Part shown: piece after piece, positions 1 through 7,403 of the stretch
Layout: each line of letters opens with the position of its first letter
Numbering within the stretch: position 1 is the first letter of the stretch
Virus record (IMG/VR): IMGVR_UViG_2541047595_000012
Reading direction: 5' to 3' (one strand)
Source: a virus
Lineage: Duplodnaviria > Heunggongvirae > Uroviricota > Caudoviricetes
DNA length: 11,447 nucleotides
Position numbers and translations under genes: made by a program
Notes under the pieces: generated by a model
Databases searched by the model: none
Told to the model about the DNA's origin: nothing
Seen by the model: the letters and a program-made list of their open reading frames with translations, nothing else

Positions 1-385
1 TGATATCGCCCTGGTTTATTTTGCGAAGAAGCGTCGATGTTCTGAAATTGCCAGCACCCACGTTGTAAACGAATGAGTAAAGAGCGCCGCGCATTGTTTC
101 CGGTATATCGACTTTGATGTACGGGTTAATTTGTCTGGCGACCGTGGCAAGGTCTTTATTCAGGAGGGCTTTGCATTCTGCTTTGGTATACGTTTTACCG
201 AGCATGATGTCTTTTCCTGTATGCCCGTGACATACAGTCCATACACCAACAATATCTTTGTATGGTATGTAGCTGACACCTTCCAGACCATCGTTACCAC
301 TTGGGCCAGTGATTAACACTGATGCTATAGCAATTGCTCCGCCACCAATAGCAGCAGCAACGGCTTTTCGTAATGATGGAGGCAT
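1..385 (-). CDS. rrrD: SAR endolysin (phage 21 R-type lysozyme), partial; N-terminus at 385, C-terminus beyond window start
   Basis: Hand translation of the minus strand from the ATG at 385-383 gives [59 protein letters not shown]... This has a Gly/Ala-rich signal-anchor-release segment followed by the T4-lysozyme-like catalytic spacing E-x8-D-x5-T. The start overlaps the holin stop in a TAATG arrangement. The six-frame track missed it because it runs off the window. Confidence 0.85.
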   Translation of the reverse strand, partial: MPPSLRKAVAAAIGGGAIAIASVLITGPSGNDGLEGVSYIPYKDIVGVWTVCHGHTGKDIMLGKTYTKAECKALLNKDLATVARQINPYIKVDIPETMRGALYSFVYNVGAGNFRTSTLLRKINQGDI

Positions 386-600
386 TATTCACCTCTCGCA
401 GCCTTGCGCTTATCTTCTTTAATCTTGAAATAAAGGTTTGTCAGGTACGTCAGCAGGCCAAATACCAGGCTACCCAGCACACCTATTGCTGCCCACTGTG
501 AGGGCGTGACTTTATCGAGCAGCTGTAAAAACCAGTAACCGGCACTACCTGCTGAGGTGCCATAGGCGACACCCGTTGTTAACTTATCCATGGATTTCAT
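385..600 (-). CDS. essD: class II holin (S21-type pinholin) with dual-start motif
   Basis: 71-aa [31 protein letters not shown]...[14 protein letters not shown] with two transmembrane segments and a charged C-terminus. The N-terminal M-K-S-M arrangement matches the antiholin/holin dual start of phage 21 S. It sits immediately upstream of the endolysin on the same strand. Confidence 0.85.
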
Positions 601-740
601 AACCCCACCTCGCAGACAAAGCGGGTGTAAATTAAGGGGATATTACGTATCGCAATAAAGGCAGAAACGTAACAGATTCGGAGTCAGTGAATAACTCAGG
701 TATTGGGTTATCAGCTAATATCGAGACTCAAAAAATGGAA

Positions 741-762
741 AAACCCGCTCGACGGCGGGTTT
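741..762. terminator. perfect 8-bp stem / 6-nt loop hairpin (AAACCCGC-TCGACG-GCGGGTTT) flanked by A-run and T-run; candidate bidirectional terminator between the holin and the porin promoter region
   Basis: Read directly from the sequence. On the minus strand the stem is followed by a U-rich tract (TTCCATTTTTTGAG), so it could act as a late-operon terminator just upstream of the holin. Confidence 0.4.
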
Positions 763-1188
763 AAGCTGTGTGACGAAGTAACCACTCTTAACAGCATAAC
801 CAATTTTTTACGTACGTAAACTACTAAATGATATTTGTGAGAATGCCACCGAGTGTTCAAAACACCACCACAAATACATAAGAAAACTTCAACAAATAAT
901 CAGTTAATAATTTCCGATGTTATTTTTAGTTTGTTTAAATTAAGCTAAAGAATTATAGAGCACTTATAAATAAGTGCCATTAATATAAATTAGCTAATAG
1001 ATTTATTTTTGTTCAGACAAGAGCCATGAATAGGATTAGATAGAAAAGGTTCAGATAAAAATAGAGATCTACTTCACAAATTAAATGAGAAACTAAAACT
1101 TACATCTTGAAATAATCACATTGATTAGATGAATATTTATCGCGCAGTGACATCATTTTTTAATAATAGTTCAAAAAAAGGGCGTACA

Positions 1189-2271
1189 ATGAAAAAATTA
1201 ACAGTGGCAATTTCTGCTGTAGCTGCATCAGTACTGATGGCGATGTCTGCTCAGGCAGCTGAAATTTATAATAAAGACAGTAACAAGCTGGATCTATACG
1301 GGAAAGTTAATGCCAAGCACTACTTCTCCTCTAATGATGCAGATGATGGTGATACTACTTATGCCCGTCTTGGCTTCAAAGGTGAAACCCAAATCAACGA
1401 TCAACTGACTGGTTTCGGTCAGTGGGAATATGAATTCAAAGGCAACCGTGCTGAATCTCAAGGTTCTTCCAAAGACAAAACCCGTCTTGCATTTGCAGGC
1501 CTGAAATTTGGTGATTACGGCTCCATCGATTACGGCCGTAACTACGGTGTAGCATACGACATCGGTGCGTGGACTGACGTTCTGCCAGAATTCGGTGGTG
1601 ATACCTGGACCCAAACAGATGTGTTCATGACTGGTCGCACTACTGGTGTTGCAACTTATCGTAACAACGACTTCTTTGGTCTGGTCGATGGCCTGAACTT
1701 TGCTGCTCAGTATCAGGGTAAAAATGACCGCACTGACGTAACTGAAGCCAATGGTGATGGTTTCGGTTTCTCCACTACTTATGAGTATGAAGGATTCGGC
1801 GTGGGTGCAACCTATGCTAAATCAGATCGCACTGACGGTCAGGTCGCCTATGGTAAGAGCAAATTCAATGCCTCCGGCAAAAATGCGGAAGTATGGGCTG
1901 CAGGCCTGAAATATGATGCGAACAATATCTATCTGGCTACCACATATTCTGAAACTCAGAATATGACCGTTTTTGGTAATAACCATATTGCAAACAAAGC
2001 ACAAAACTTTGAAGCAGTAGCACAATATCAGTTTGACTTCGGTCTGCGCCCATCTGTTGCTTACCTTCAGTCAAAAGGTAAAGACCTTGGTGTTCATGGT
2101 GACCGAGACTTAGTCAAGTATGTCGATGTCGGTGCTACTTACTACTTTAATAAAAACATGTCTACTTTTGTTGATTACAAAATCAACTTAATTGACGATA
2201 GTAAGTTTACCAAAACAGCTGGTATTGATACCGACGACATCGTCGCTGTAGGTCTGGTTTATCAGTTCTAA
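1189..2271 (+). CDS. nmpC: outer-membrane general porin, OmpC/OmpF/PhoE family (prophage-encoded NmpC/Lc type)
   Basis: ORF 1129..2271; the likely true start is the ATG at 1189 ([23 protein letters not shown]|AEIYNKD...), giving a classic signal peptide with AQA cleavage site. Porin hallmarks are present: the internal PEFGGD loop-3 motif and a C-terminal ...VAVGLVYQF ending in Phe. Its position between Q and the lysis genes, on the opposite strand, matches the DLP12 nmpC / PA-2 Lc arrangement. Confidence 0.9.
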   Translation: MKKLTVAISAVAASVLMAMSAQAAEIYNKDSNKLDLYGKVNAKHYFSSNDADDGDTTYARLGFKGETQINDQLTGFGQWEYEFKGNRAESQGSSKDKTRLAFAGLKFGDYGSIDYGRNYGVAYDIGAWTDVLPEFGGDTWTQTDVFMTGRTTGVATYRNNDFFGLVDGLNFAAQYQGKNDRTDVTEANGDGFGFSTTYEYEGFGVGATYAKSDRTDGQVAYGKSKFNASGKNAEVWAAGLKYDANNIYLATTYSETQNMTVFGNNHIANKAQNFEAVAQYQFDFGLRPSVAYLQSKGKDLGVHGDRDLVKYVDVGATYYFNKNMSTFVDYKINLIDDSKFTKTAGIDTDDIVAVGLVYQF

Positions 2272-2288
2272 TCTGACTTACGAAAAAG

Positions 2289-2322
2289 ATATGTTGCGGG
2301 AGGCTTTGCCTCCGCAACATAT
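2289..2322. terminator. long inverted repeat (ATATGTTGCGGGAGG-CTTTG-CCTCCGCAACATAT) just 3' of the porin; reads as a rho-independent terminator on the minus strand (followed by CTTTTTCG)
   Basis: Stem of about 14 bp with one bulged G, seen directly. An A-run precedes it on the plus strand, which is a U-run on the minus strand. Candidate tR'-like terminator for Q-dependent late transcription, or a bidirectional porin terminator. Confidence 0.5.
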
Positions 2323-2409
2323 AAGTGGAGCCCTCAAGCCACTTCCTTTAGAAGCACTACCTTGCTTCTTACTATATAAACCTTCTGTTATATATTACCC
2401 TTTATTTTG

Positions 2410-2436
2410 GGGGCGTTTCCACGCCCCATTTTTAAT
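2410..2436 (+). terminator. rho-independent terminator (GGGGCGT-TTCC-ACGCCCC followed by ATTTTTAAT)
   Basis: 7-bp GC-rich stem, 4-nt loop and a T-run on the plus strand, downstream of the porin stop. Confidence 0.55.
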
Positions 2437-2459
2437 AACTTTTAGTAAACAATTGCATA

Positions 2460-2843
2460 TCAATTAGAATTATTAGCAACGATATCCATATCTAACCGGA
2501 TATCTAATGCCATTAACATCCCTTCAATTATGCCCTCAGCCTTCTGTAACCTTTTCCCGATATAACCATCCGAGCAGCAATGCTTACTTGCCAGTGACAT
2601 GAATGTCATACCACATACATAATAATCTACTAATAAATCGTGTAAATCGCTGTTGTTCTTTTTCAGACGGGCCATGCACCCGCAAATGATCATCGCGTCA
2701 TCGTCACAACATTGCGGGCGAGATTTTACTTTTGAAGGAATTAATCCCTTAAAACCGGCGGCAATGGACGACCAGGTCACATCTTCATGATTATTAGCCG
2801 CCCACGCACCCCAACGCTCAAGAACCATCTGAATATCACGCAT
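2460..2843 (-). CDS. quuD: late-gene antiterminator Q (phage 82 / DLP12 QuuD type)
   Basis: The track ORF 2460..2858 starts on a TTG; the first ATG is at 2843, giving 127 aa [24 protein letters not shown]...[16 protein letters not shown]...[12 protein letters not shown]... The Cys clusters are consistent with a zinc-binding Q protein. It occupies the canonical position between the nin region and the lysis genes. Confidence 0.8.
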   Translation of the reverse strand: MRDIQMVLERWGAWAANNHEDVTWSSIAAGFKGLIPSKVKSRPQCCDDDAMIICGCMARLKKNNSDLHDLLVDYYVCGMTFMSLASKHCCSDGYIGKRLQKAEGIIEGMLMALDIRLDMDIVANNSN

Positions 2844-2928
2844 CAACTTACTCCACAAAAATCAGACCAGAACGCCAATTACAAGCAAAAATCAACAAAA
2901 CAGTATTAGTTGATTGTTATCTCTGACT

Positions 2929-3069
2929 TCATACTCCTGTTCCTGTCAGGGTTTTGGCGTAATTCTTCAGTATTCGGTAATCGGTCAAAACAGAACCGGG
3001 GAAACGATATAAGCGCAGACGCCCCCAGCGGTGGCGAAGAAGTTCTGCCATATTAAACTCAAACATCAT
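2929..3069 (-). CDS. ylcG: small conserved nin-region protein YlcG (46 aa), not in the ORF track
   Basis: Hand translation of the minus strand 3069->2929 gives [46 protein letters not shown]. Its ATG overlaps the rusA stop (ATGA), as expected for the small gene between rusA and Q in DLP12-type prophages. Confidence 0.55.
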   Translation of the reverse strand: MMFEFNMAELLRHRWGRLRLYRFPGSVLTDYRILKNYAKTLTGTGV

Positions 3070-3428
3070 TCATTCCCCATTTCGGTGATGGTCAGTTCCA
3101 GCCTCCCACCTTTGGTAACAGGCATCTTCACAACGCGGTAATCAACGACCTGAGCATCATCCAGCCAGAAACCTGCTTTAGTGAGTGCGTCAAAAGCGGC
3201 TTTTTGCAGATTATCCAGGTCACGGCGACGGCGATCCGGCATGTGGCACTCAATGCGGATTTTCACAGGCATAGCCAGGCCGATATCCAGCATTGCGTTT
3301 TTAATGATTCGGGCGACGTTATCGCGGTATGCCTGCCCCTCTGCGCTGACGTGCGTGCGCCCGCGATTATGGCGGTAATAGCGATTATTGCTCGGAGGCC
3401 AGGGTAATGTGATGCTGTAGGTATTCAC
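3066..3428 (-). CDS. rusA: Holliday-junction resolvase RusA (crossover junction endodeoxyribonuclease)
   Basis: 120-aa [41 protein letters not shown]...[31 protein letters not shown], recognised as RusA. The start codon is GTG at 3428-3426, overlapping the upstream ybcO-like stop. Confidence 0.9.
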   Translation of the reverse strand: MNTYSITLPWPPSNNRYYRHNRGRTHVSAEGQAYRDNVARIIKNAMLDIGLAMPVKIRIECHMPDRRRRDLDNLQKAAFDALTKAGFWLDDAQVVDYRVVKMPVTKGGRLELTITEMGNE

Positions 3429-3553
3429 GCCTTAATAACCCCCTCTTTTAGCCACATAACCTGTGTTCTCGCCATACCTTCCAGCGCGCATTCTTTTGCA
3501 TATGCAGCATCGACTTGCTTGGCATGCCCTTTACCGGCAATCTTCTGTATGCG
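3425..3553 (-). pseudogene. ybcO: 3' remnant (about 42 codons) of a ybcO-like (DUF1364) nin-region gene, interrupted upstream by an in-frame TAG
   Basis: The frame ending at the TGA at 3427-3425 translates to [42 protein letters not shown], which resembles the C-terminus of DLP12 YbcO as I recall it. An in-frame TAG at 3556-3554 and unrelated sequence upstream suggest truncation or a recombination junction. The 64-aa track ORF 3448..3642 is in a different frame. Confidence 0.4.
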
Positions 3554-3634
3554 CTAAACCTAGATAGAATCCACTCTGTGCACATTGAAGCCCGCTCTAT
3601 GCTTTCTTTCAGGTATTGAAGGGATTGAGATGGG

Positions 3635-3982
3635 CTAAGCATTATTGGCCTCCTGCATCAGGAGAAAGACAATCATGGCGGCGCGGAGAGGTCTGGTATC
3701 AAATATTGGGCTTACGCCTTTTGCATCCACACACCATTCAGTTAACTGGTCTAAGATAGAAATCCTGTATTTCTCAATAATCGGCCATGAAGCGCTCGGA
3801 TCATTGCAGTAGTCAGGCAAATGATTTAATGGCTCAAAAGTTGTATCAGCATTTCCGTAATACCATTTGTTGGTGTTATTCCCTGATGTTTCCGGTTTAC
3901 TTGCCCAAAGGCCTTTAAAAATTATGTCTCCTACCATTCTGTTAATTTCAAAATCACTTAACTGTGAATAATCCATTGTCAT
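3635..3982 (-). CDS. conserved phage nin-region protein of unknown function
   Basis: Track ORF 3635..4018; the likely start is the ATG at 3982 ([31 protein letters not shown]...), preceded by GAGGAA and overlapping the ninE stop in an ATGA arrangement. No recognisable catalytic motif. Confidence 0.55.
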   Translation of the reverse strand: MTMDYSQLSDFEINRMVGDIIFKGLWASKPETSGNNTNKWYYGNADTTFEPLNHLPDYCNDPSASWPIIEKYRISILDQLTEWCVDAKGVSPIFDTRPLRAAMIVFLLMQEANNA

Positions 3983-4155
3983 TTCCTCGCACGATATCTT
4001 AGCCACCGGATATCCCACAGGTGGGCTGTGTAATTGAAGGTTTTTACGTCAGATTCTTTTGGGATTAGCTTGCGTTTATTTCTGGAGCATTTCGTTGGAA
4101 GGTATTTGCAGTTTTCGCAGATTATGTCGGTGATGCTTCGTCGCTGTCGTCTCAT
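3979..4155 (-). CDS. ninE: NinE protein
   Basis: The internal ATG at 4155 gives [58 protein letters not shown], closely matching lambda NinE from memory. The ATG overlaps the methyltransferase stop (ATGA). The longer track ORF (start 4245) would overlap the upstream gene. Confidence 0.8.
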   Translation of the reverse strand: MRRQRRSITDIICENCKYLPTKCSRNKRKLIPKESDVKTFNYTAHLWDIRWLRYRARK

Positions 4156-4679
4156 GCAGCCCTCCTGACGCCCTGCCCGATCGCCATCAATGCCGCTTTG
4201 GATACGGTAGTAAACATCCGTCGAGGACTGATGAACGGTCGCCAAATCAGCAGCATGGAGCCTTTGCTGTTTCCATTCTTCTCCAGCCCTGTCGATGGTT
4301 CGATAAAATTAATCCGTCCATCAGTGATAATACGAACTTCGTCAACACTCTCCAGAGCCTTGCTGAACCATCCGACAGACATATCCTCTGGCACAAGCAT
4401 CACTACCGTCTGTCGCTGTTGTATACACTGCTCAGCGGCTTTTTCCACCCACGGCCTGATATTGCTGTACGGTGGGTTATTCCAGATTGCACCGTGGCTT
4501 ACCCACTCAGAATTGAGCGCGTCGTCGTCCTCAGTTAGCCAGTGAGCGCACAGAGCATTTTTGTCGCTCGCTGCCGAATCCAGCCAGAATCCAAACTCAA
4601 TATCCAGTGCATCAAAAAGCCAAAGCGGCGTTTGCCAGCAGTCCTTGTCGTGTGCTGGCGTATTTGATTTGATAGTCAT
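4152..4679 (-). CDS. phage DNA N6-adenine methyltransferase (Dam family, orphan MTase)
   Basis: The translation contains the NPPY motif-IV signature (...[18 protein letters not shown]...) typical of N6-adenine/N4-cytosine methyltransferases, in the lambdoid nin-region position. The ATG at 4679 ([25 protein letters not shown]...) overlaps the ninB stop (ATGA); the in-frame ATGs at 4709 and 4697 are alternatives. Confidence 0.75.
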   Translation of the reverse strand: MTIKSNTPAHDKDCWQTPLWLFDALDIEFGFWLDSAASDKNALCAHWLTEDDDALNSEWVSHGAIWNNPPYSNIRPWVEKAAEQCIQQRQTVVMLVPEDMSVGWFSKALESVDEVRIITDGRINFIEPSTGLEKNGNSKGSMLLIWRPFISPRRMFTTVSKAALMAIGQGVRRAA

Positions 4680-5116
4680 GCAGCCCGATCTCCCCATCGC
4701 GCTTTCCATTCGAGAGCCAGTCGCGCTTCGTCTGACCACTTAACGCCACGCTCTGTACCGAATGCCTGTATAAGCTCTAATAGCTCCGCAAATTCGCTTA
4801 CACGCATCCTGCTGGTTGACTGGCCTATTACCACAAAGCCATTCCCGGCAAGGTTAGGAACAACATCCTGCTGCTTTAATGCTGCGGTAAACACACACTT
4901 CCAGCTTTCTGCATCCAGCCAGCGACCATGCCATTCAACCTGACGAGAGACGTCACCAAGGCAAGCCCAAAGCTTTCGATTCTGGTCTAAGCTGCGGTTG
5001 CGTTCCTGAATGGTTACTACGATTGGTTTGGTTGGGTCTGGAAGAATTTGCTGTACCGCGTGAATAGCGTTTTGCTGATGTGCTGGAGATCGAATTTCAA
5101 AGGTTAGTTTTTTCAT
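4676..5116 (-). CDS. ninB: recombination protein NinB (Orf family)
   Basis: The ATG at 5116, preceded by GAGGGAAG, gives MKKLTFEIRSPAHQQNAIHAVQQILPDPTKPIVVTIQERNRSLDQNRKLWACLGDV..., recognised as lambda NinB. Confidence 0.9.
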   Translation of the reverse strand: MKKLTFEIRSPAHQQNAIHAVQQILPDPTKPIVVTIQERNRSLDQNRKLWACLGDVSRQVEWHGRWLDAESWKCVFTAALKQQDVVPNLAGNGFVVIGQSTSRMRVSEFAELLELIQAFGTERGVKWSDEARLALEWKARWGDRAA

Positions 5117-5130
5117 GACTTCCCTCTCCC

Positions 5131-5164
5131 CCAAATAAAAAGGCCTGCAATTACCAGCAGGCCT
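5131..5164 (-). terminator. rho-independent terminator between ren and ninB (tR2-like)
   Basis: Stem AGGCCTGC / GCAGGCCT (8 bp) with an 8-nt loop; on the minus strand it is followed by TTTTATTTGG. The position matches lambda tR2 at the head of the nin region. Confidence 0.5.
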
Positions 5165-5189
5165 GTTATTAGCTCAGTGATGTAGATGG

Positions 5190-5480
5190 TCATCTTTTAA
5201 CTCCATATACCGCCAATACCCGTTTCATCGCGGCACTCTGGCGACACTCCTTAAAAATTAGGTTCGTGCTCATCTTTCCTTCCCGTTCTTCCCTGGTAGC
5301 AAACCGGTAATACACCGTTCGCCAGACCTTACCTTCGATAACCAGAAGACCTGCCCGTGCCATTTTAGCCGCGGCCTGATTTATGCTGGTTACTGTTGCG
5401 CCTGTTAGCGCGGCAACGTCCGGCGCACAGAAGCTATTATGCGTCCCCAGGTAATGAATAATTGCCTCTTTGCCCGTCAT
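5190..5480 (-). CDS. ren: Ren protein
   Basis: 96-aa ORF MTGKEAIIHYLGTHNSFCAPDVAALTGATVTSINQAAAKMARAGLLVIEGKVWRTVYY..., recognised as lambda Ren. Its start overlaps the P stop (ATGA). Confidence 0.85.
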   Translation of the reverse strand: MTGKEAIIHYLGTHNSFCAPDVAALTGATVTSINQAAAKMARAGLLVIEGKVWRTVYYRFATREEREGKMSTNLIFKECRQSAAMKRVLAVYGVKR

Positions 5481-6178
5481 ACACTTGCTCCTTTCAGTCC
5501 GAACTTAGCTTTGAGTTCTGCGATCTTCGCCAGAGCCTGTGCACGATTTAGAGGTCTACCGCCCATGACAGGAAGTTGTTTTACTGGTTCAGGGATCGCC
5601 TCACCACGGTTAATTCTCGCAGTCATATGGACAAGCTCATCTGCGGCCTTACGGCGTAATTCCGCATCAGTAAGCGCATTGGCCCGCATGTTCTGATACA
5701 GGTTGGTAACCAGCCAGTAGTGCGCGTTTGATTTCCACGGATAAGACTCCGCATCCGGATACAGGCCTCGCTTCCGGCAATACTCGTAAACCATATCAAC
5801 CAGCTCGCTGACGTTTGGCAGTCCGGCGATAACGGATGCTTCTTCCCGGCACCATGCAACAAACTGCCCGGGTGATGGCAGAAATGGTCGATTCTGCCGA
5901 CGGGCTACGCGCATTCCTGCGTTAACCTGTTCCATTGTGGTGATCCCGTTTTCCCGGAAAGCCAGAACCCACTGGCGGCGGATTTCGTTCAGTTCGTTCT
6001 GGTCACGGTTAGCCAGACTCGCCGGGAAAGTTGCCAGTAACTGGCTGAACACACCGTTGATGATCTGCGCTACCTGCTGTACCTGCGGCTTTTCGTCGTA
6101 CTGTTCCGGCATGTTGTTGGCGATCCTACGCATCTGCTCACGGTCAAAGTTAACCATCTGTGCGGCGATGTTTTTCAT
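5477..6178 (-). CDS. P: replication protein P (DnaB helicase loader)
   Basis: 233-aa ORF MKNIAAQMVNFDREQMRRIANNMPEQYDEKPQVQQVAQIINGVFSQLLATFPASLANRDQ..., recognised as lambda P. Its start overlaps the O stop (ATGA). Confidence 0.9.
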   Translation of the reverse strand: MKNIAAQMVNFDREQMRRIANNMPEQYDEKPQVQQVAQIINGVFSQLLATFPASLANRDQNELNEIRRQWVLAFRENGITTMEQVNAGMRVARRQNRPFLPSPGQFVAWCREEASVIAGLPNVSELVDMVYEYCRKRGLYPDAESYPWKSNAHYWLVTNLYQNMRANALTDAELRRKAADELVHMTARINRGEAIPEPVKQLPVMGGRPLNRAQALAKIAELKAKFGLKGASV

Positions 6179-7074
6179 AGATCCACCCCGTAAATCCAGT
6201 CTGTGTTTGTCAGGTCGAGTTTTGGTTTGCTGGCTGTCACGACTGCCTGTTGCTTGTTACGGTTGATTTCGAGCTGGGTCCACTTGTCGCGGAGTTTGGC
6301 CGGGCTAAGCACGTTACCGGACCAGAAGTTGTCCTGGCATGCCCAGCGGAACAGCACGCACATGTCGCGGTGGTTACGTCCGTCACGTTCACGCATCAGG
6401 CGGATATCGTTAGCCCACCCTGCAAAATTCGGTTTTCTGGCTGATGGCGCGATGGTCTTCACCATGTCAAACATCCACTCTGCGGCGGTCAGGTCTTCTG
6501 CTGTCCCCCACTTGCTGCCGCTCTGAATTGCAGCATCCGGTTTCACCACAGAAAGGTCGTTTTCTGGCTGGTCAGAGGATTCGCCAGAATTCTCTGACGA
6601 ATAATCTTTTCTTTTTTCTTTTGTAATAGTGTCTTTTGTGTCCCCCTGTTTTGAGGGATAGCAATCCCCCAATTTGAGGGATGTTTTATCCCTCGTTTTA
6701 GGGGATTTTCCCTCGTTTTGAGGGATGCACCATTCTGAGATGTTTTTGTTTGGTCCAAACATGCCGCCTTGCTGCTTGATAATATTCATTCTGACGAGTT
6801 CTAACTTGGCTTCATTGCACCGTTTGACGGGTAACTTTGTAATCTCGCTAAGTTGAGAATCGGTGATTCTGTCCATTGGTTTATTCCACCCATAGGTTTT
6901 ACGCAGAATGGCAAGCAGCACTTTAAACTGTCGCTTGGTCAGATCTGCGCCTGAATAAGCCTCAAGCAGCATATTTGATAGTCTGGCGTAACCATCATCG
7001 AGATCTGCCACATTACGCTCCTGTTTGGCAAAGTTACCTCTGCAGAAGTTGAGTATTTTTGCTGTATTTGTCAT
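6175..7074 (-). CDS. O: replication initiator protein O
   Basis: 299-aa ORF MTNTAKILNFCRGNFAKQERNVADLDDGYARLSNMLLEAYSGADLTKRQFKVLLAILRKTYGWNKP..., recognised as lambda O. The ori iterons are embedded in the middle of the gene, as in lambda. Confidence 0.9.
   Translation of the reverse strand: MTNTAKILNFCRGNFAKQERNVADLDDGYARLSNMLLEAYSGADLTKRQFKVLLAILRKTYGWNKPMDRITDSQLSEITKLPVKRCNEAKLELVRMNIIKQQGGMFGPNKNISEWCIPQNEGKSPKTRDKTSLKLGDCYPSKQGDTKDTITKEKRKDYSSENSGESSDQPENDLSVVKPDAAIQSGSKWGTAEDLTAAEWMFDMVKTIAPSARKPNFAGWANDIRLMRERDGRNHRDMCVLFRWACQDNFWSGNVLSPAKLRDKWTQLEINRNKQQAVVTASKPKLDLTNTDWIYGVDL
6595..6725. repeat. ori-lambda: four iterons (about 18-20 bp each, core TCCCTC/GAGGGA with A/T spacers) plus an adjacent AT-rich unwinding region, inside the O coding sequence
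   Basis: Direct repeats are visible at about 6641-6658, 6663-6681, 6686-6704 and 6705-6724 (for example TCCCCCTGTTTTGAGGGA and TTCCCTCGTTTTGAGGGA). They are preceded by the AT-rich stretch 6598-6640 (AATCTTTTCTTTTTTCTTTTGTAATAGTGTCTTTTGTG). Confidence 0.8.
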
Positions 7075-7083
7075 AATGACTCC

Positions 7084-7160
7084 TGTGGATTGATCCAGTA
7101 ATGACCTCAGAATTCCATCTGGATTTGTTCAGAACGCTCGGTTGCCGCCGGGCGTTTTTT
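7084..7160 (+). ncRNA. oop: OOP-like antisense RNA (candidate), ending at an intrinsic terminator, antisense to the 3' end of cII
   Basis: Plus-strand terminator CGCTCGG-TTGCCG-CCGGGCG followed by TTTTTT (7135-7160) lies inside the 3' end of cII on the opposite strand. A promoter-like TTGAGT...TCATAAT sits about 80 nt upstream inside the start of O. The 5' end is inferred, not observed. Confidence 0.5.
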
Positions 7161-7403
7161 ATTGGTGAGTCCATCAAGCGCATACTTAAAAGCCCTGCTA
7201 ATCGGACTGATGTCTGATGCCATTCCGAAAGCACACAAGACCGAAGCAATAAATCTCCAATCCGTTCTGCTTATCTTCGATTCATGACAGCCAATCATCT
7301 TTGCCAGACCGCGCTGGGTAATAGCTGACAGATTGATAAGTAAATCTGTTTCTGCGCGATCAACTTCACGCTGTGATAGTTTGCTGTAACTTGTTCTTTC
7401 CAT
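7107..7403 (-). CDS. cII: transcriptional activator CII (mosaic: non-lambda N-terminus, lambda-like C-terminus)
   Basis: 98-aa ORF whose C-terminus ...LTNKKRPAATERSEQIQMEF matches lambda CII from memory. The N-terminal two-thirds differ, consistent with an immunity-module boundary inside cII. Confidence 0.8.
   Translation of the reverse strand: MERTSYSKLSQREVDRAETDLLINLSAITQRGLAKMIGCHESKISRTDWRFIASVLCAFGMASDISPISRAFKYALDGLTNKKRPAATERSEQIQMEF

Noticed and set aside
131-316. 61-aa plus-strand ORF
   Set aside because: It lies antisense inside the endolysin coding sequence, which translates cleanly on the minus strand; almost certainly spurious.
1129-1188. 60-nt N-terminal extension of the porin ORF ([20 protein letters not shown])
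   Set aside because: The canonical signal peptide begins at the ATG at 1189. The extension would put 20 residues in front of the signal sequence and has no Shine-Dalgarno.
1294-2025. Minus-strand ORFs 1294..1614 and 1822..2025
   Set aside because: Both are antisense within the porin gene, have low-complexity translations and no ribosome-binding sites.
2289-2460. Assigning exact pR' -35/-10 hexamers and a qut site downstream of Q
   Set aside because: Several promoter-like hexamers are present, but none is distinctive enough to choose by eye, so I report only the terminator hairpins.
3181-3407. Plus-strand ORFs 3181..3378 and 3204..3407
   Set aside because: Antisense to rusA; arginine/serine-rich translations typical of a GC-rich antisense frame.
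3448-3642. 64-aa minus-strand ORF
   Set aside because: It reads across the ybcO-remnant junction in a different frame from the recognisable ybcO-like C-terminus; probably a by-product of the recombination scar.
4198-4743. Plus-strand ORFs 4198..4545 and 4561..4743
   Set aside because: Antisense to the methyltransferase and ninB genes.
6641-6724. Regularly spaced direct repeats that could be mistaken for a small CRISPR array
   Set aside because: There are only four units, they sit inside the O coding sequence, and they have the TCCCTC/GAGGGA iteron structure of ori-lambda; no spacer-like unique sequences.
5439-6758. Multiple ORFs on both strands inside P and O (5439..5696, 5623..5862, 5937..6266, 6203..6526, 6250..6444, 6444..6626, 6543..6758)
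   Set aside because: All are overlapped by the well-supported P and O reading frames; there is no independent evidence for overprinted genes.
7034-7249. 71-aa minus-strand ORF overlapping the cII 3' end and the O start
   Set aside because: Out of frame with cII and spans the cII-O intergenic region and the OOP terminator; not plausible as a gene.
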